A stretch of 34,970 nucleotides of DNA from Pseudomonadota bacterium. GTDB lineage: Bacteria > Pseudomonadota > Alphaproteobacteria > Rickettsiales > Midichloriaceae. Location of the stretch: NCBI GenBank assembly GCA_031424915.1, contig JANPII010000162.1, positions 1 to 34,970 of the forward strand. The letters run 5' to 3'. The translations under genes and the position numbers were made by a program. Within the stretch, counting starts at the first letter, position 1; every line of letters begins with the position of its first letter. Under the pieces are notes generated by a model. It was not told where the DNA came from. It made no database searches and saw only the letters and a list, made by a program, of their open reading frames with translations. This document shows, piece after piece, positions 9,384 to 19,012 of the stretch.

Positions 9384-9412
9384 ACTATAGTATCTTTTAT
9401 AGAGTAAGCCAA
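9384..9412 (-). promoter_or_regulatory. candidate sigma70 promoter for hipB(A): TTGGCT-N17-TATAGT, with a 10-bp palindrome TACTATAGTA over the -10
   Basis: Read on the minus strand, the -35 is the complement of 9407-9412 and the -10 is the complement of 9384-9389, with a 17-nt spacer. The palindrome lies at 9383-9392. A second inverted repeat, AGATAT-N4-ATATCT, lies at 9339-9354 between this promoter and the start codon. AT-rich DNA produces such matches by chance. Confidence 0.3.
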
Positions 9413-9515
9413 GATGTCATAGTCTTGCAAATAAGCTAATTATGACAGCACTTGAAAGAGGCGTATAATTGTAATATATTGCATAGAGGCGATATATAAA
9501 TGAGTCATAGTAATT

Positions 9516-10538
9516 ATGCTTTATAGCTTTATACGAGATGATTATAAAAATGCTTACAAAGTAATAAAAAATAATATGCAGATGACTCCATTGCAATTTA
9601 GCAAAGTCTTGGATGCAGCAAATAATGATAATGCTGATATATGCTCAACCTATACAACTTCATTACAAAATTTGTTGGAGCAGCCTAAGTTGCAAGACAA
9701 AGCCATATTAGGTCCAGTATTAATCCTTGCTGCACAACTAAAAGAAGCCATCAGCACACAAAAATTTTCAGTGCCTGAGGCAATTATAGCCAAGGCTAAA
9801 GCGGGAGAGAGCAAAAGAGCCACTAGTAAAAGGATTATAGCACACGTTGGACTTGCCATAGCCGACTTAGCTGCGGCGGCCTTGGGCAGCGTGCTGCTTA
9901 CTGCTACTGCTTTAGCAATAAACCATGATATCTTACTAAATCAAGCGATATTGGAGTACTCCCCTCAAAACATTATAGAATTTTTCATCAACCTTGATTA
10001 TAATATTAGATTGGCATTACTAGGATGTGCTATCACAGGCGGTGTTATAGGATTGCTACTCTCAGCAATAGGTATGCACTATAGGCTTGCAACCACTTGC
10101 CTTGCAACATTTAAAGTTGATACAGAGCTTTTAGCTCAGCTAAATCAAAAGACTATTGATTTGGTAGAGAAGTGTTTGGAAACCAAAGAGGATCGAATAA
10201 TCAGAAAGAACTTTGAAAGTTGGTGGAGTAATATTGAACTAGTATCGGCTCACGCCTCTAACTTTAACCCTGCTGATTTTGTAGTTGAAATACATACAGA
10301 TACAAGTCTACAACAAATCAGAGCACCAAACTTATGGGATAGATGGGATCGCTTACGTTTCTCATTAGATCAAGCACAACAGGTCCAAACGGCATTGGCT
10401 TTAACCCTCCCAGCGCTAGAGAGAATACAAGAAGAAGCAAAAGATAATGCACTTGCCAATGACATACAACTCAAAATAAATGAAGCCAAAAAGATAGTGG
10501 CTCCACTAGAAAAAACAAAATCACATACCAGGTGCTAA
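9516..10538 (+). CDS. hypothetical membrane protein with two central hydrophobic segments
   Basis: 340-aa ORF. The hydrophobic segments are IIAHVGLAIADLAAAALGSVLLTATALAI and IRLALLGCAITGGVIGLLLSAIGMHY, about 28 aa apart, flanked by predicted helical soluble regions. A possible promoter, ATGACA-N16-TATAAT, lies at 9442-9469. I see no obvious Shine-Dalgarno sequence, so the start is uncertain. Confidence 0.6.
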   Translation: MLYSFIRDDYKNAYKVIKNNMQMTPLQFSKVLDAANNDNADICSTYTTSLQNLLEQPKLQDKAILGPVLILAAQLKEAISTQKFSVPEAIIAKAKAGESKRATSKRIIAHVGLAIADLAAAALGSVLLTATALAINHDILLNQAILEYSPQNIIEFFINLDYNIRLALLGCAITGGVIGLLLSAIGMHYRLATTCLATFKVDTELLAQLNQKTIDLVEKCLETKEDRIIRKNFESWWSNIELVSAHASNFNPADFVVEIHTDTSLQQIRAPNLWDRWDRLRFSLDQAQQVQTALALTLPALERIQEEAKDNALANDIQLKINEAKKIVAPLEKTKSHTRC

Positions 10539-10687
10539 GCCTGCAGCCTTAACTTCACTGAGCAAATATTATTCTTATTAAGTGAAGAGTTAAAAATCTT
10601 AAGCTATAATCGGTTTGCAATTTGCTTGGTCTATAGCACAATATATGCTAGTGTAGCCAACATTATTAGCGCTTTGAAGGAGTAATA

Positions 10688-12274
10688 ATGACGCCCCCCT
10701 CTAATATTGAAACATATCTAAAAAGCAATGCGTGGCCTTTTCGGGAGGCCGAAGGCATCTTAAAGCGTATCAATTATACTGTGCCAAAAAAAGGATATGT
10801 TTTGTTTGAAACAGGATACGGTCCTTCTGGGTTGCCACATATAGGCACATTTGGTGAAGTAGTACGTACCAGTGTAGTGCGTTATGCTTTTGAGAAGATG
10901 AGTGATATTCCAACCCGCCTTTTTTGCGTTTCTGATGATATGGATGGCATGCGCAAGATCCCAGATACAATACCTAATCCTGCAGCATTTCAGCAATATT
11001 TAGACTTACCTCTTACCCGTATTCCTGATCCATTTGGTACCCATGCGAGCTTTGGTCATAACATGAATGCTAGGCTATGCGCCTTCTTGGATCGATTCGG
11101 ATTTGAGTATGAATTCCTAAGCTCTTCGGAATGCTATAGCAAGGGTGTATATAATGAGGCGCTGATTAAGGTGCTTGCCCACTATGATGAGATTATGGCA
11201 GTGATGTTGCCTACATTAGGAGCACAGCGCCAAGCTACTTATAGCCCATTTTTGCCAGTCTGTCCACGTACAGGGCGTGTATTACAGGTGCCAGTAACTA
11301 GCTATAATTTGCAAGAAGGTACTATTAGTTACCAAGAAACTGGTGAGTTAGTTACCGTGCCTGTTACTGATGGGCATTGTAAACTGCAATGGAAGCCAGA
11401 TTTTGGTATGCGTTGGGCTGCTTTTGATGTGGACTTTGAGATGTATGGCAAGGACCATTTAGTAAATGGCCCAATCTACTCTAAGATATGTCAAGTAATA
11501 GGCGGCACCCCTCCGCATCAAATGTTTTATGAGCTTTTCTTAGATGAAAAAGGTGAGAAAATTTCCAAGTCCAAAGGCAATGGTATTACCATCGATGAAT
11601 GGTTGCGTTACGCCCCCCAGGAGAGTTTGTCTTTGCTTATGTATCAATCTCCCCAGAAAGCAAAGAAGCTACACTTCGATGTAATACCAAAATATACGGA
11701 TGAGTATTTAACTTACCTGGCTAAGTATAACGTTACTGAAGATGAAATGCAGCGCTTAGCTAATCCTGTTTACTTTATTCATAAGGGTAATCCCCCGCGT
11801 CTTGAAGTAGAAGGGCTGAGTTATTCATTATTACTCAACCTGGTGAGTGCTTGCAATTCGGTAGACACCAATTTGCTGTGGGGCTACATACGCCATTTTG
11901 ATCCTAACGCTACTCCTCAAAGCTGTACTATGCTTACACGTATGCTTGAAAATGCCACAAATTATTATCATGATTTCATACAGCCACATAAACAATATCG
12001 TGCACCAACTGAACAAGAACAAATTTTAATGTTAGAACTAGCAACACGTCTGCAAGATGTTGGTGAGGCCACAGCTGAAGAAATTCAAAGCATTGTATAT
12101 GAGATTGGCCGTAATAGCGGCTTAGAGCTACGTGATTGGTTTCAAGCCCTGTATCAAGTGTTGTTAGGTGCAGACCAGGGACCGCGCTTTGGATCATTTG
12201 TTGTTCTTTATGGTGTAAAAAACACTATTGCCTTAATTAAAAAAAGAGTTCCAAGTGCCGCTGCTCAGCCTTGA
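10688..12274 (+). CDS. lysK: lysine--tRNA ligase, class I
   Basis: 528 aa. It has the class I HIGH-type motif GLPHIGTFGE and the KMSKS-type motif KISKSKGNG. The overall N-terminal pattern (WPFREAEGILKRI...) is typical of the class I LysRS of alphaproteobacteria, spirochaetes and archaea. Confidence 0.92.
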   Translation: MTPPSNIETYLKSNAWPFREAEGILKRINYTVPKKGYVLFETGYGPSGLPHIGTFGEVVRTSVVRYAFEKMSDIPTRLFCVSDDMDGMRKIPDTIPNPAAFQQYLDLPLTRIPDPFGTHASFGHNMNARLCAFLDRFGFEYEFLSSSECYSKGVYNEALIKVLAHYDEIMAVMLPTLGAQRQATYSPFLPVCPRTGRVLQVPVTSYNLQEGTISYQETGELVTVPVTDGHCKLQWKPDFGMRWAAFDVDFEMYGKDHLVNGPIYSKICQVIGGTPPHQMFYELFLDEKGEKISKSKGNGITIDEWLRYAPQESLSLLMYQSPQKAKKLHFDVIPKYTDEYLTYLAKYNVTEDEMQRLANPVYFIHKGNPPRLEVEGLSYSLLLNLVSACNSVDTNLLWGYIRHFDPNATPQSCTMLTRMLENATNYYHDFIQPHKQYRAPTEQEQILMLELATRLQDVGEATAEEIQSIVYEIGRNSGLELRDWFQALYQVLLGADQGPRFGSFVVLYGVKNTIALIKKRVPSAAAQP

Positions 12275-12278
12275 TATA

Positions 12279-12343
12279 TAAGCTACAAATGAGGCTTTGG
12301 AGCAGATACCGCTGTCAAGCAGCAGGTACGCATAAAACACAAG
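12279..12343. repeat. about 65-nt intergenic repeat, copy A (partner at 16821-16886)
   Basis: Hand alignment of ataagctacaaatgaggctttggagcagataccgctgtcaagcagcaggta... against copy B gives 42/51 identical positions in the first 51 nt. Copy A fills the convergent lysK/asmA-like junction. Confidence 0.6.
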
Positions 12344-12352
12344 GTATTAAGC

Positions 12353-15300
12353 TTAGAACCCCACTATCTGCTTAAAAAAGCCTAAAGTAAGGACAGACAG
12401 AGGGTTGACCTGAACATTTAAGTCATCATCAATGTTACCAAGGATAACATAGTTGGTTGCAATAACACCGCTATTTTTGCCCCCAGAAATGGCCGATCCG
12501 AATAGAGGTATGGATTTCACCAAAGAATTAATAATATTTTCCGGTACAATTACCCCATGTAATGAAATATTACGGCTGCCTAGGTCTATAGTACCATCGC
12601 CAGTCATACTTAGTACAGGACCGCGTGTTATGCAATTTGATACCTGTATAATACCACCTGTATACTGCAGGCCGCATTGCAAGGATTTAAAATGGATTCC
12701 CTTGTTTTCCAATAAATCTCCTAGTCCCGCAAATGCAGTAGAAGTAATGGATGAAATAGTCAAGAGCTTGGCGAGTAACGGTGCTTTACGCATATAATAG
12801 TCACTAATATTAAGCTTCCCCTGGAAGGTCTGAGTAAGATTATTCCACTTACCATCTAACAACAGTTGGCCATATCGCATATTTTGTGTCACCCCAAGGG
12901 CGGCCAGGGCCTGCCCTGCATCTTCTGACTGTAGGTGCACAGATTTAGGATTAAGTTTTAACTCAAATTTATGTTTATTATCTAAAAGCCCAGACAATTC
13001 TACATGCTCGCACCCCTTCTGGCCGCAACCCAAAGTAAAAATTGGTTTATATAACTCTTGACCATTATGCAGTATAATTTTTCCTAGCTTAGATTTTATG
13101 CGTACGTTATGAGCCATGTCGTCAGCAGTGTCTTGAACCTTTGAAGCGCTAAATCCACTTAAGTCAAGGCTATCCCCGCTAAGATGTATGTTATAGCCAT
13201 GATTTTTGCTCATATCCATAACAAACTTAGAGTGATGTAGTTGCGTTTGACCTTTAGTAATCGCTTGTAGTGCGCCTGTTTTATCAAATTGCATTGTACC
13301 ATTACTACTTAATCCCGGCATATATAGGTTATACGTTCCATCCATTGCCTCACCTTGCTTATACTCTTTGAATTGGAGTGCTAATTCTGCAGCCTGTCCT
13401 TTTTTCTTATTAATACCTAAATAAGGCACTGTGATTTCAGCGCCACTCATATTCATAGTTAGGTTCAAAGCAGTAGCAAAATCGTTTGATGAAAATACTA
13501 AGTTAGCTAATACTGTACCCTGTAATATCTTCCCAGTATCCCATCCCAAGCTATGCATCTGAGAGGTAGATAATGGCAACATGAAGGCTAATGTTTGCTC
13601 TTTTTGGCTAAAACCCCCGTCATATAAAACCTTACCTCTAATTTGCCCATCTATAACAACATTGCCCCTGATTGATAGGATATGATTGCGAAACGTAACG
13701 CCCAAAGATGGGCTAGTAATCTCATGGCCGCCAATATCTTTGGCATGCACTTCTGTTAGCTCGCTTTCTATATCAACGTGGGGACTGAAATCAACATCTT
13801 GTTGTATTCTTAATGTTAACCCTAGCTGAGTAGTAGCCTTACCGGTGACGCTACGCAAAGGTTGTAATACCTCAGTTGTTGCTTGGTCTATAGGCTTATC
13901 TTCAAAGATATGGACTAATCCAAGGGTAAGAGCATCTTGCACACTACCACGGACTGAAGCTTGTAAATGCATCATGGTAATAGGGTCACTGAATTTTTCA
14001 ATCTCACACTTTGCTTTGACATGACTATTGATAAGCTGGGCTTGTGGTACTTCTATTCTCATAGAATCCGCTCCAATATCCAAGTGCACTTCAATATCAG
14101 TAACAGATGGCGCGTAAGGCAAATACTGCAAGTTAGTATTTTGTATTGTCATTTTAACATTTATATCTTCATCCTGCAGCTGCTCTGGCTGTAAAACATA
14201 GTCCTTAAGTGGCAACTGCATGTTAATTTCAGCATCATTGATAGTTCCACCTTTTACATGCTGCTGCGCCCAATGGCGCGCCTCAGAAGCCGCATGCGGC
14301 GGCCAATATAACATTAGTAAGCCCAACTCTAAAGGATGCTTCAATATAGTTTGTATTTGTAATCGCGAAGGAGTAAGTTGAGCATCTCCAACCAATGCCA
14401 GATGTTTTGAAGTTACGCTAATATAAGGTATTGTCACCGCCTGTTCTTTTCCTCTAATCACCCCTTGAAGATAAATATCTTTAAGATGAATAGGCCGCGG
14501 TAGGTTCTGAGGAGTAGTCAGATTAATATTATTGCCGCTAAGGGAAAAAGATATATCGGGCATATGCTCAAAATCGTGTACCTGAGCTGCAATGTTTAGC
14601 CTCAGCAAGTCACTACTTTCTAAATCAGGAATAAGAATTTTGCCTAAATTCAAAGGGATTTTTGTCATATGTGCGTCTACCGATAAAGCCTGAGGCTCTA
14701 CAGCAACAATAATTTTCGCACGCGCTGTTTGTGATATATGCCCATGTAGGGTGAGATTTCCAGATACAAGTAACTCCGGCTGCTCCAAGGTGCCCCCAAA
14801 ACCTATTCTCACAGCCTGCAATTGAGAGTAGGTAGTATTATTATCTTCTTGCCTACCCCACATCCAAGGTAGAGGCTGCGTTGGCAACTCTAGTGCAATA
14901 CGGCGCAATAAGCTGAAATGCTCTTCATACATTTTTTGTATTGCAGTACGAACTATACTATAAGTTAATTTTTGTTGCTCATTATAATTAGTAGTAGCAA
15001 TTTTAGTAAGCATTGGAGCAGATGGCAATTCATCAATCGAGGAAAACTCAATACCAATTGCAGCATGATTATGACTTACAAAGCCAAGCCACAATGGATT
15101 AAGTCTTACTTCTTGAATCTTCATATCTGGGCTAAAATTATAACTCCAAGTAATGTTTTGTAATCGCAGAGCTATAGAATAGTGTCGCAAGTCCCAAGCT
15201 AGACTAACACGTCCTACCTTTACCTGCAATTGTGGCACAAACCGTTGCGTATAGGGCCCAATATATTCACCGATTAAGGGTAATGGCATGGAGGTAGTAG

Positions 15301-15397
15301 CCAGTATTAGGATAGCTGCAAATATCGCAGCTATAGTCAGCGCAATATACTTTATTCCCCCACGTAAGAGCTGCCATTTTATTTTGAGTTTCATCAC
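12353..15397 (-). CDS. AsmA/YhdP-like large envelope protein (N-terminal anchor, AsmA-family C-terminus)
   Basis: 1014 aa. It has an N-terminal TM anchor (IALTIAAIFAAILILATT) and a long body that looks beta-rich. The C-terminus GTIDLGSRNISLHGVIVPEN...LFGSAISGGKNSGVIATNYVILGNIDDDLNVQVNPLSVLTLGFFKQIV resembles the conserved YhdP/AsmA C-terminal region. Confidence 0.75.
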   Translation of the reverse strand: MMKLKIKWQLLRGGIKYIALTIAAIFAAILILATTSMPLPLIGEYIGPYTQRFVPQLQVKVGRVSLAWDLRHYSIALRLQNITWSYNFSPDMKIQEVRLNPLWLGFVSHNHAAIGIEFSSIDELPSAPMLTKIATTNYNEQQKLTYSIVRTAIQKMYEEHFSLLRRIALELPTQPLPWMWGRQEDNNTTYSQLQAVRIGFGGTLEQPELLVSGNLTLHGHISQTARAKIIVAVEPQALSVDAHMTKIPLNLGKILIPDLESSDLLRLNIAAQVHDFEHMPDISFSLSGNNINLTTPQNLPRPIHLKDIYLQGVIRGKEQAVTIPYISVTSKHLALVGDAQLTPSRLQIQTILKHPLELGLLMLYWPPHAASEARHWAQQHVKGGTINDAEINMQLPLKDYVLQPEQLQDEDINVKMTIQNTNLQYLPYAPSVTDIEVHLDIGADSMRIEVPQAQLINSHVKAKCEIEKFSDPITMMHLQASVRGSVQDALTLGLVHIFEDKPIDQATTEVLQPLRSVTGKATTQLGLTLRIQQDVDFSPHVDIESELTEVHAKDIGGHEITSPSLGVTFRNHILSIRGNVVIDGQIRGKVLYDGGFSQKEQTLAFMLPLSTSQMHSLGWDTGKILQGTVLANLVFSSNDFATALNLTMNMSGAEITVPYLGINKKKGQAAELALQFKEYKQGEAMDGTYNLYMPGLSSNGTMQFDKTGALQAITKGQTQLHHSKFVMDMSKNHGYNIHLSGDSLDLSGFSASKVQDTADDMAHNVRIKSKLGKIILHNGQELYKPIFTLGCGQKGCEHVELSGLLDNKHKFELKLNPKSVHLQSEDAGQALAALGVTQNMRYGQLLLDGKWNNLTQTFQGKLNISDYYMRKAPLLAKLLTISSITSTAFAGLGDLLENKGIHFKSLQCGLQYTGGIIQVSNCITRGPVLSMTGDGTIDLGSRNISLHGVIVPENIINSLVKSIPLFGSAISGGKNSGVIATNYVILGNIDDDLNVQVNPLSVLTLGFFKQIVGF

Positions 15398-15542
15398 AGT
15401 AACCTCTATATGCTAAGTAATACATACCACGAAATTAGGTTATTATACTAGATTTAATCGTGTGGGATAGAAATGTTGTCTAGCCGCACTTTTCTATGTG
15501 TACTTTCTAATGGAGAGTTTACATAGTTATAGCTTTATAGTA

Positions 15543-15579
15543 CCATGAAAATATAAAGTCAGGCTTTCGATTTTCATGG
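15543..15579. promoter_or_regulatory. perfect 10-bp inverted repeat CCATGAAAAT-N17-ATTTTCATGG covering the first ATG of the ATPase gene
   Basis: The arms lie at 15543-15552 and 15570-15579. The ATG at 15576-15578 lies inside the right arm. A second in-frame ATG lies at 15582. Confidence 0.3.
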
Positions 15580-16775
15580 TTATGCAAAGAGATGTTTTTT
15601 TAAAAAGAATACGCGAGAATTTTAGGATCAATAGAATTGTTGCACTATTGGGACCTAGACAGTGTGGCAAAACAACCCTAGCCAAACAGTTTTGTCAAGA
15701 AATATCAAATTTTTCTAGAGCTAACTACTTTGATCTTGAGAATCCAGTAGATCTACAAAGACTGGAGTCCCCAAACCTTGCGTTTTTACCATTAAAAGGA
15801 TTGATAGTAATTGATGAAGTTCAAAGGAGACCAGACCTTTTCTCTGTCTTACGCTACATTTCTGATGAAAATCCAGATAAGCAGTTTTTAATATTAGGTA
15901 GTGCCTCAAGAGAATTAATCCAGCAGAGCTCTGAAAGCTTAGCGGGAAGGATAAGTTATATAGAAGTTACTCCTTTTTCCGCCAGTGAGCTACCACAATA
16001 TATTGAGAAGCTATGGCTTGTGGGAGGCTATCCAAAAAGCTTTTTGGCCTCCGAAACAGCAGATAGTTTTGCTTGGCTTCGAGAATATATAAGAACCTAT
16101 ACTGAGCATGATTTACCAAGCTTAGGAATAAACATACAACATGGTAATATTAGGCGATTCTGGCTTATACTTTCGCACTACCATGGGCAAACCTTTAACT
16201 CCGCTGAAATTGCAAATAGCCTAGGAATTTCCTCCCCAACAGTTAAGTATTACCTTAATATACTTAACGCTACATTTATGGTTAGAATACTGACCCCTTG
16301 GTATACTAATCTAAAAAAACGTCAAGTAAAAAGCCCTAAAGTTTATATTAGAGATAGCGGCATATTCCATTATTTGCAAAATATCGAAAGCAAAGAAGCT
16401 CTATTTACTGCACCTAAGCTAGGTGCTTCGTGGGAAGGTTTTGCATTAGAAGCGGTGCTGAATCACTCAAATACCGAATCAAATAATGCCTTTTTCTGGG
16501 CTACTCACAATGGGGCTGAGTTGGACTTATTAATCATAAAAGGCCCAAATAAAATAGGATTAGAATTTAAATACAGCGATGCTCCTGCGCTTACATCATC
16601 GATGAAAATAGCACTGGTGGACCTGAATCTAGATAGACTGATTGTAATTTATCCTGGGTCACAGCAGTATATGCTTGCAGAAAATGTTTACGTCATTGGA
16701 CTTCAGAACTTTCTGCAAGCTGGTAAAGACGCTATATTTGCAAACATTCAGCCCGCACCACCTGGTGGAGGCTGA
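15576..16775 (+). CDS. AAA-family ATPase of the AAA_14/DUF4143 type (COG1373-like)
   Basis: 399 aa. It has the Walker A motif LLGPRQCGKTT and the Walker B-like motif LIVIDEVQRRPDLF. The C-terminal region with KSPKVYIRDSGI is typical of DUF4143 proteins. The true start may be 15582. Confidence 0.8.
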   Translation: MVMQRDVFLKRIRENFRINRIVALLGPRQCGKTTLAKQFCQEISNFSRANYFDLENPVDLQRLESPNLAFLPLKGLIVIDEVQRRPDLFSVLRYISDENPDKQFLILGSASRELIQQSSESLAGRISYIEVTPFSASELPQYIEKLWLVGGYPKSFLASETADSFAWLREYIRTYTEHDLPSLGINIQHGNIRRFWLILSHYHGQTFNSAEIANSLGISSPTVKYYLNILNATFMVRILTPWYTNLKKRQVKSPKVYIRDSGIFHYLQNIESKEALFTAPKLGASWEGFALEAVLNHSNTESNNAFFWATHNGAELDLLIIKGPNKIGLEFKYSDAPALTSSMKIALVDLNLDRLIVIYPGSQQYMLAENVYVIGLQNFLQAGKDAIFANIQPAPPGGG

Positions 16776-16794
16776 AATAGGGTAGAACCTGTCG

Positions 16795-16815
16795 CCCCGT
16801 GGCTTGAACACGGGG
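16795..16815 (+). terminator. GC-rich stem-loop (ccccgtg-N7-cacgggg) 20 nt after the ATPase stop; there is no U-tract
   Basis: It has a 7-bp perfect stem and a 7-nt loop in an otherwise AT-rich spacer. Without a T-run it is not a canonical intrinsic terminator. Confidence 0.25.
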
Positions 16816-16820
16816 TCCAT

Positions 16821-16886
16821 ACAAGCTATAAATAAGGCTTTGAAGTGGGTACCGCGATCAAGCAGCAGGTAGGACAGGAAGCACAA
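16821..16886. repeat. about 65-nt intergenic repeat, copy B (partner at 12279-12343), same orientation
   Basis: The sequence is acaagctataaataaggctttgaagtgggtaccgcgatcaagcagcaggta... See copy A for the alignment. It also lies at a convergent gene junction (ATPase/atpC). Confidence 0.6.
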
Positions 16887-17014
16887 TGCACATCAGCAAA
16901 GTGTTTATGACACGCGCAAAAGCTTGTGGAATACGCAAATAAGGGCGCTCTCCTGCCCCCTCCTTTTTGATGCACCTGCGTGAACGGATCCAGATATTTG
17001 AAGCATGATTTTAT

Positions 17015-17113
17015 ACCAACTCTCAGCTAAAACAGCACAAGGAGCAACAGCGATGTGTAATAAAATCTACATGAGCGAGGAGCGACGCTGTAATCTTTTA
17101 GCTGAGAGTTGGT
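17015..17113. repeat. 99-nt hairpin element: 18-bp perfect inverted repeat (accaactctcagctaaaa / ttttagctgagagttggt) plus an inner 6-bp stem
   Basis: The arms lie at 17015-17032 and 17096-17113. The inner stem is acagcg/cgctgt. The element starts 10 nt downstream of the atpC stop on the minus strand, so it may act as the atp operon terminator, be a MITE-like insertion, or both. No clear U-tract follows it. Confidence 0.55.
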
Positions 17114-17123
17114 TTTAGCCATG

Positions 17124-17525
17124 TCATGACTTCGCATGCAACTCTAATACCTTTTCAAGGAAAGTCATTTCACTTTGCAGGTCCACACGTGCAGTGTCCA
17201 GCTCTTCATATTTATAGTCATTACGCACACGCTCTAAGCGCGCCTGCAGAGCGGATATATCTACCTCTGCCGCAGGAAATGCTTCATTTACCAGAATAGA
17301 GCAGCTAGTAGCATTAACTTGGGCGACTCCCTGTGATACATAAAACCGCTCAACCTTCTGCTCGGCATGTACTTCCACTACCCCAGGTGCCACTTCAGCA
17401 ATAAGGTTCATATGGCGTGGCAGAACGCCAAAAATACCTTCTGCCCCAGGGATTAAAACCATTGTAGCCTGAACGCTTAGCAGCTGGCGCTCGGGAGAAA
17501 CAATATCTAGCTGAAAAGTATTCAT
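17124..17525 (-). CDS. atpC: F0F1 ATP synthase subunit epsilon
   Basis: 133 aa. The N-terminus FQLDIVSPERQLLS...VLIPGAEGIFGVLPRHMNLI is typical of epsilon. It immediately follows atpD. Confidence 0.9.
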   Translation of the reverse strand: MNTFQLDIVSPERQLLSVQATMVLIPGAEGIFGVLPRHMNLIAEVAPGVVEVHAEQKVERFYVSQGVAQVNATSCSILVNEAFPAAEVDISALQARLERVRNDYKYEELDTARVDLQSEMTFLEKVLELHAKS

Positions 17526-17545
17526 ACGGCCCTCCGGCTGTTAAA

Positions 17546-18973
<1,428 letters not shown>

Positions 18974-19012
18974 CTATATTCCTTCAATTTATATTATATT
19001 TACTAATATTCT

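Noticed and set aside
10567-10602. Inverted repeat cttcact-N22-agtgaag after the 9516-10538 ORF, considered as a terminator
   Set aside because: The 22-nt loop and 7-bp AT-rich stem with no clear U-tract make this marginal and compatible with chance.
16795-16815. tRNA T-arm-like hairpin. The minus strand reads ccgtG-TTCAAGC-Cacgg with a G-T-T-C-A-A pattern.
   Set aside because: I checked for the rest of a tRNA or tmRNA. The 7 nt after the stem (ggcgaca) have no complementary 5' acceptor strand at the expected distance. There is no CCA and no D arm or anticodon arm. It is not a tRNA gene, though it could be a tRNA-derived fragment.
16659-16886. 75-aa minus-strand ORF (TTG start) covering repeat copy B and the 3' end of the ATPase gene
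   Set aside because: It needs a TTG start with no Shine-Dalgarno sequence and overlaps the ATPase gene in antisense. Its only notable part is the repeat. It is treated as a possible gene relic in the repeat finding, not as a CDS.
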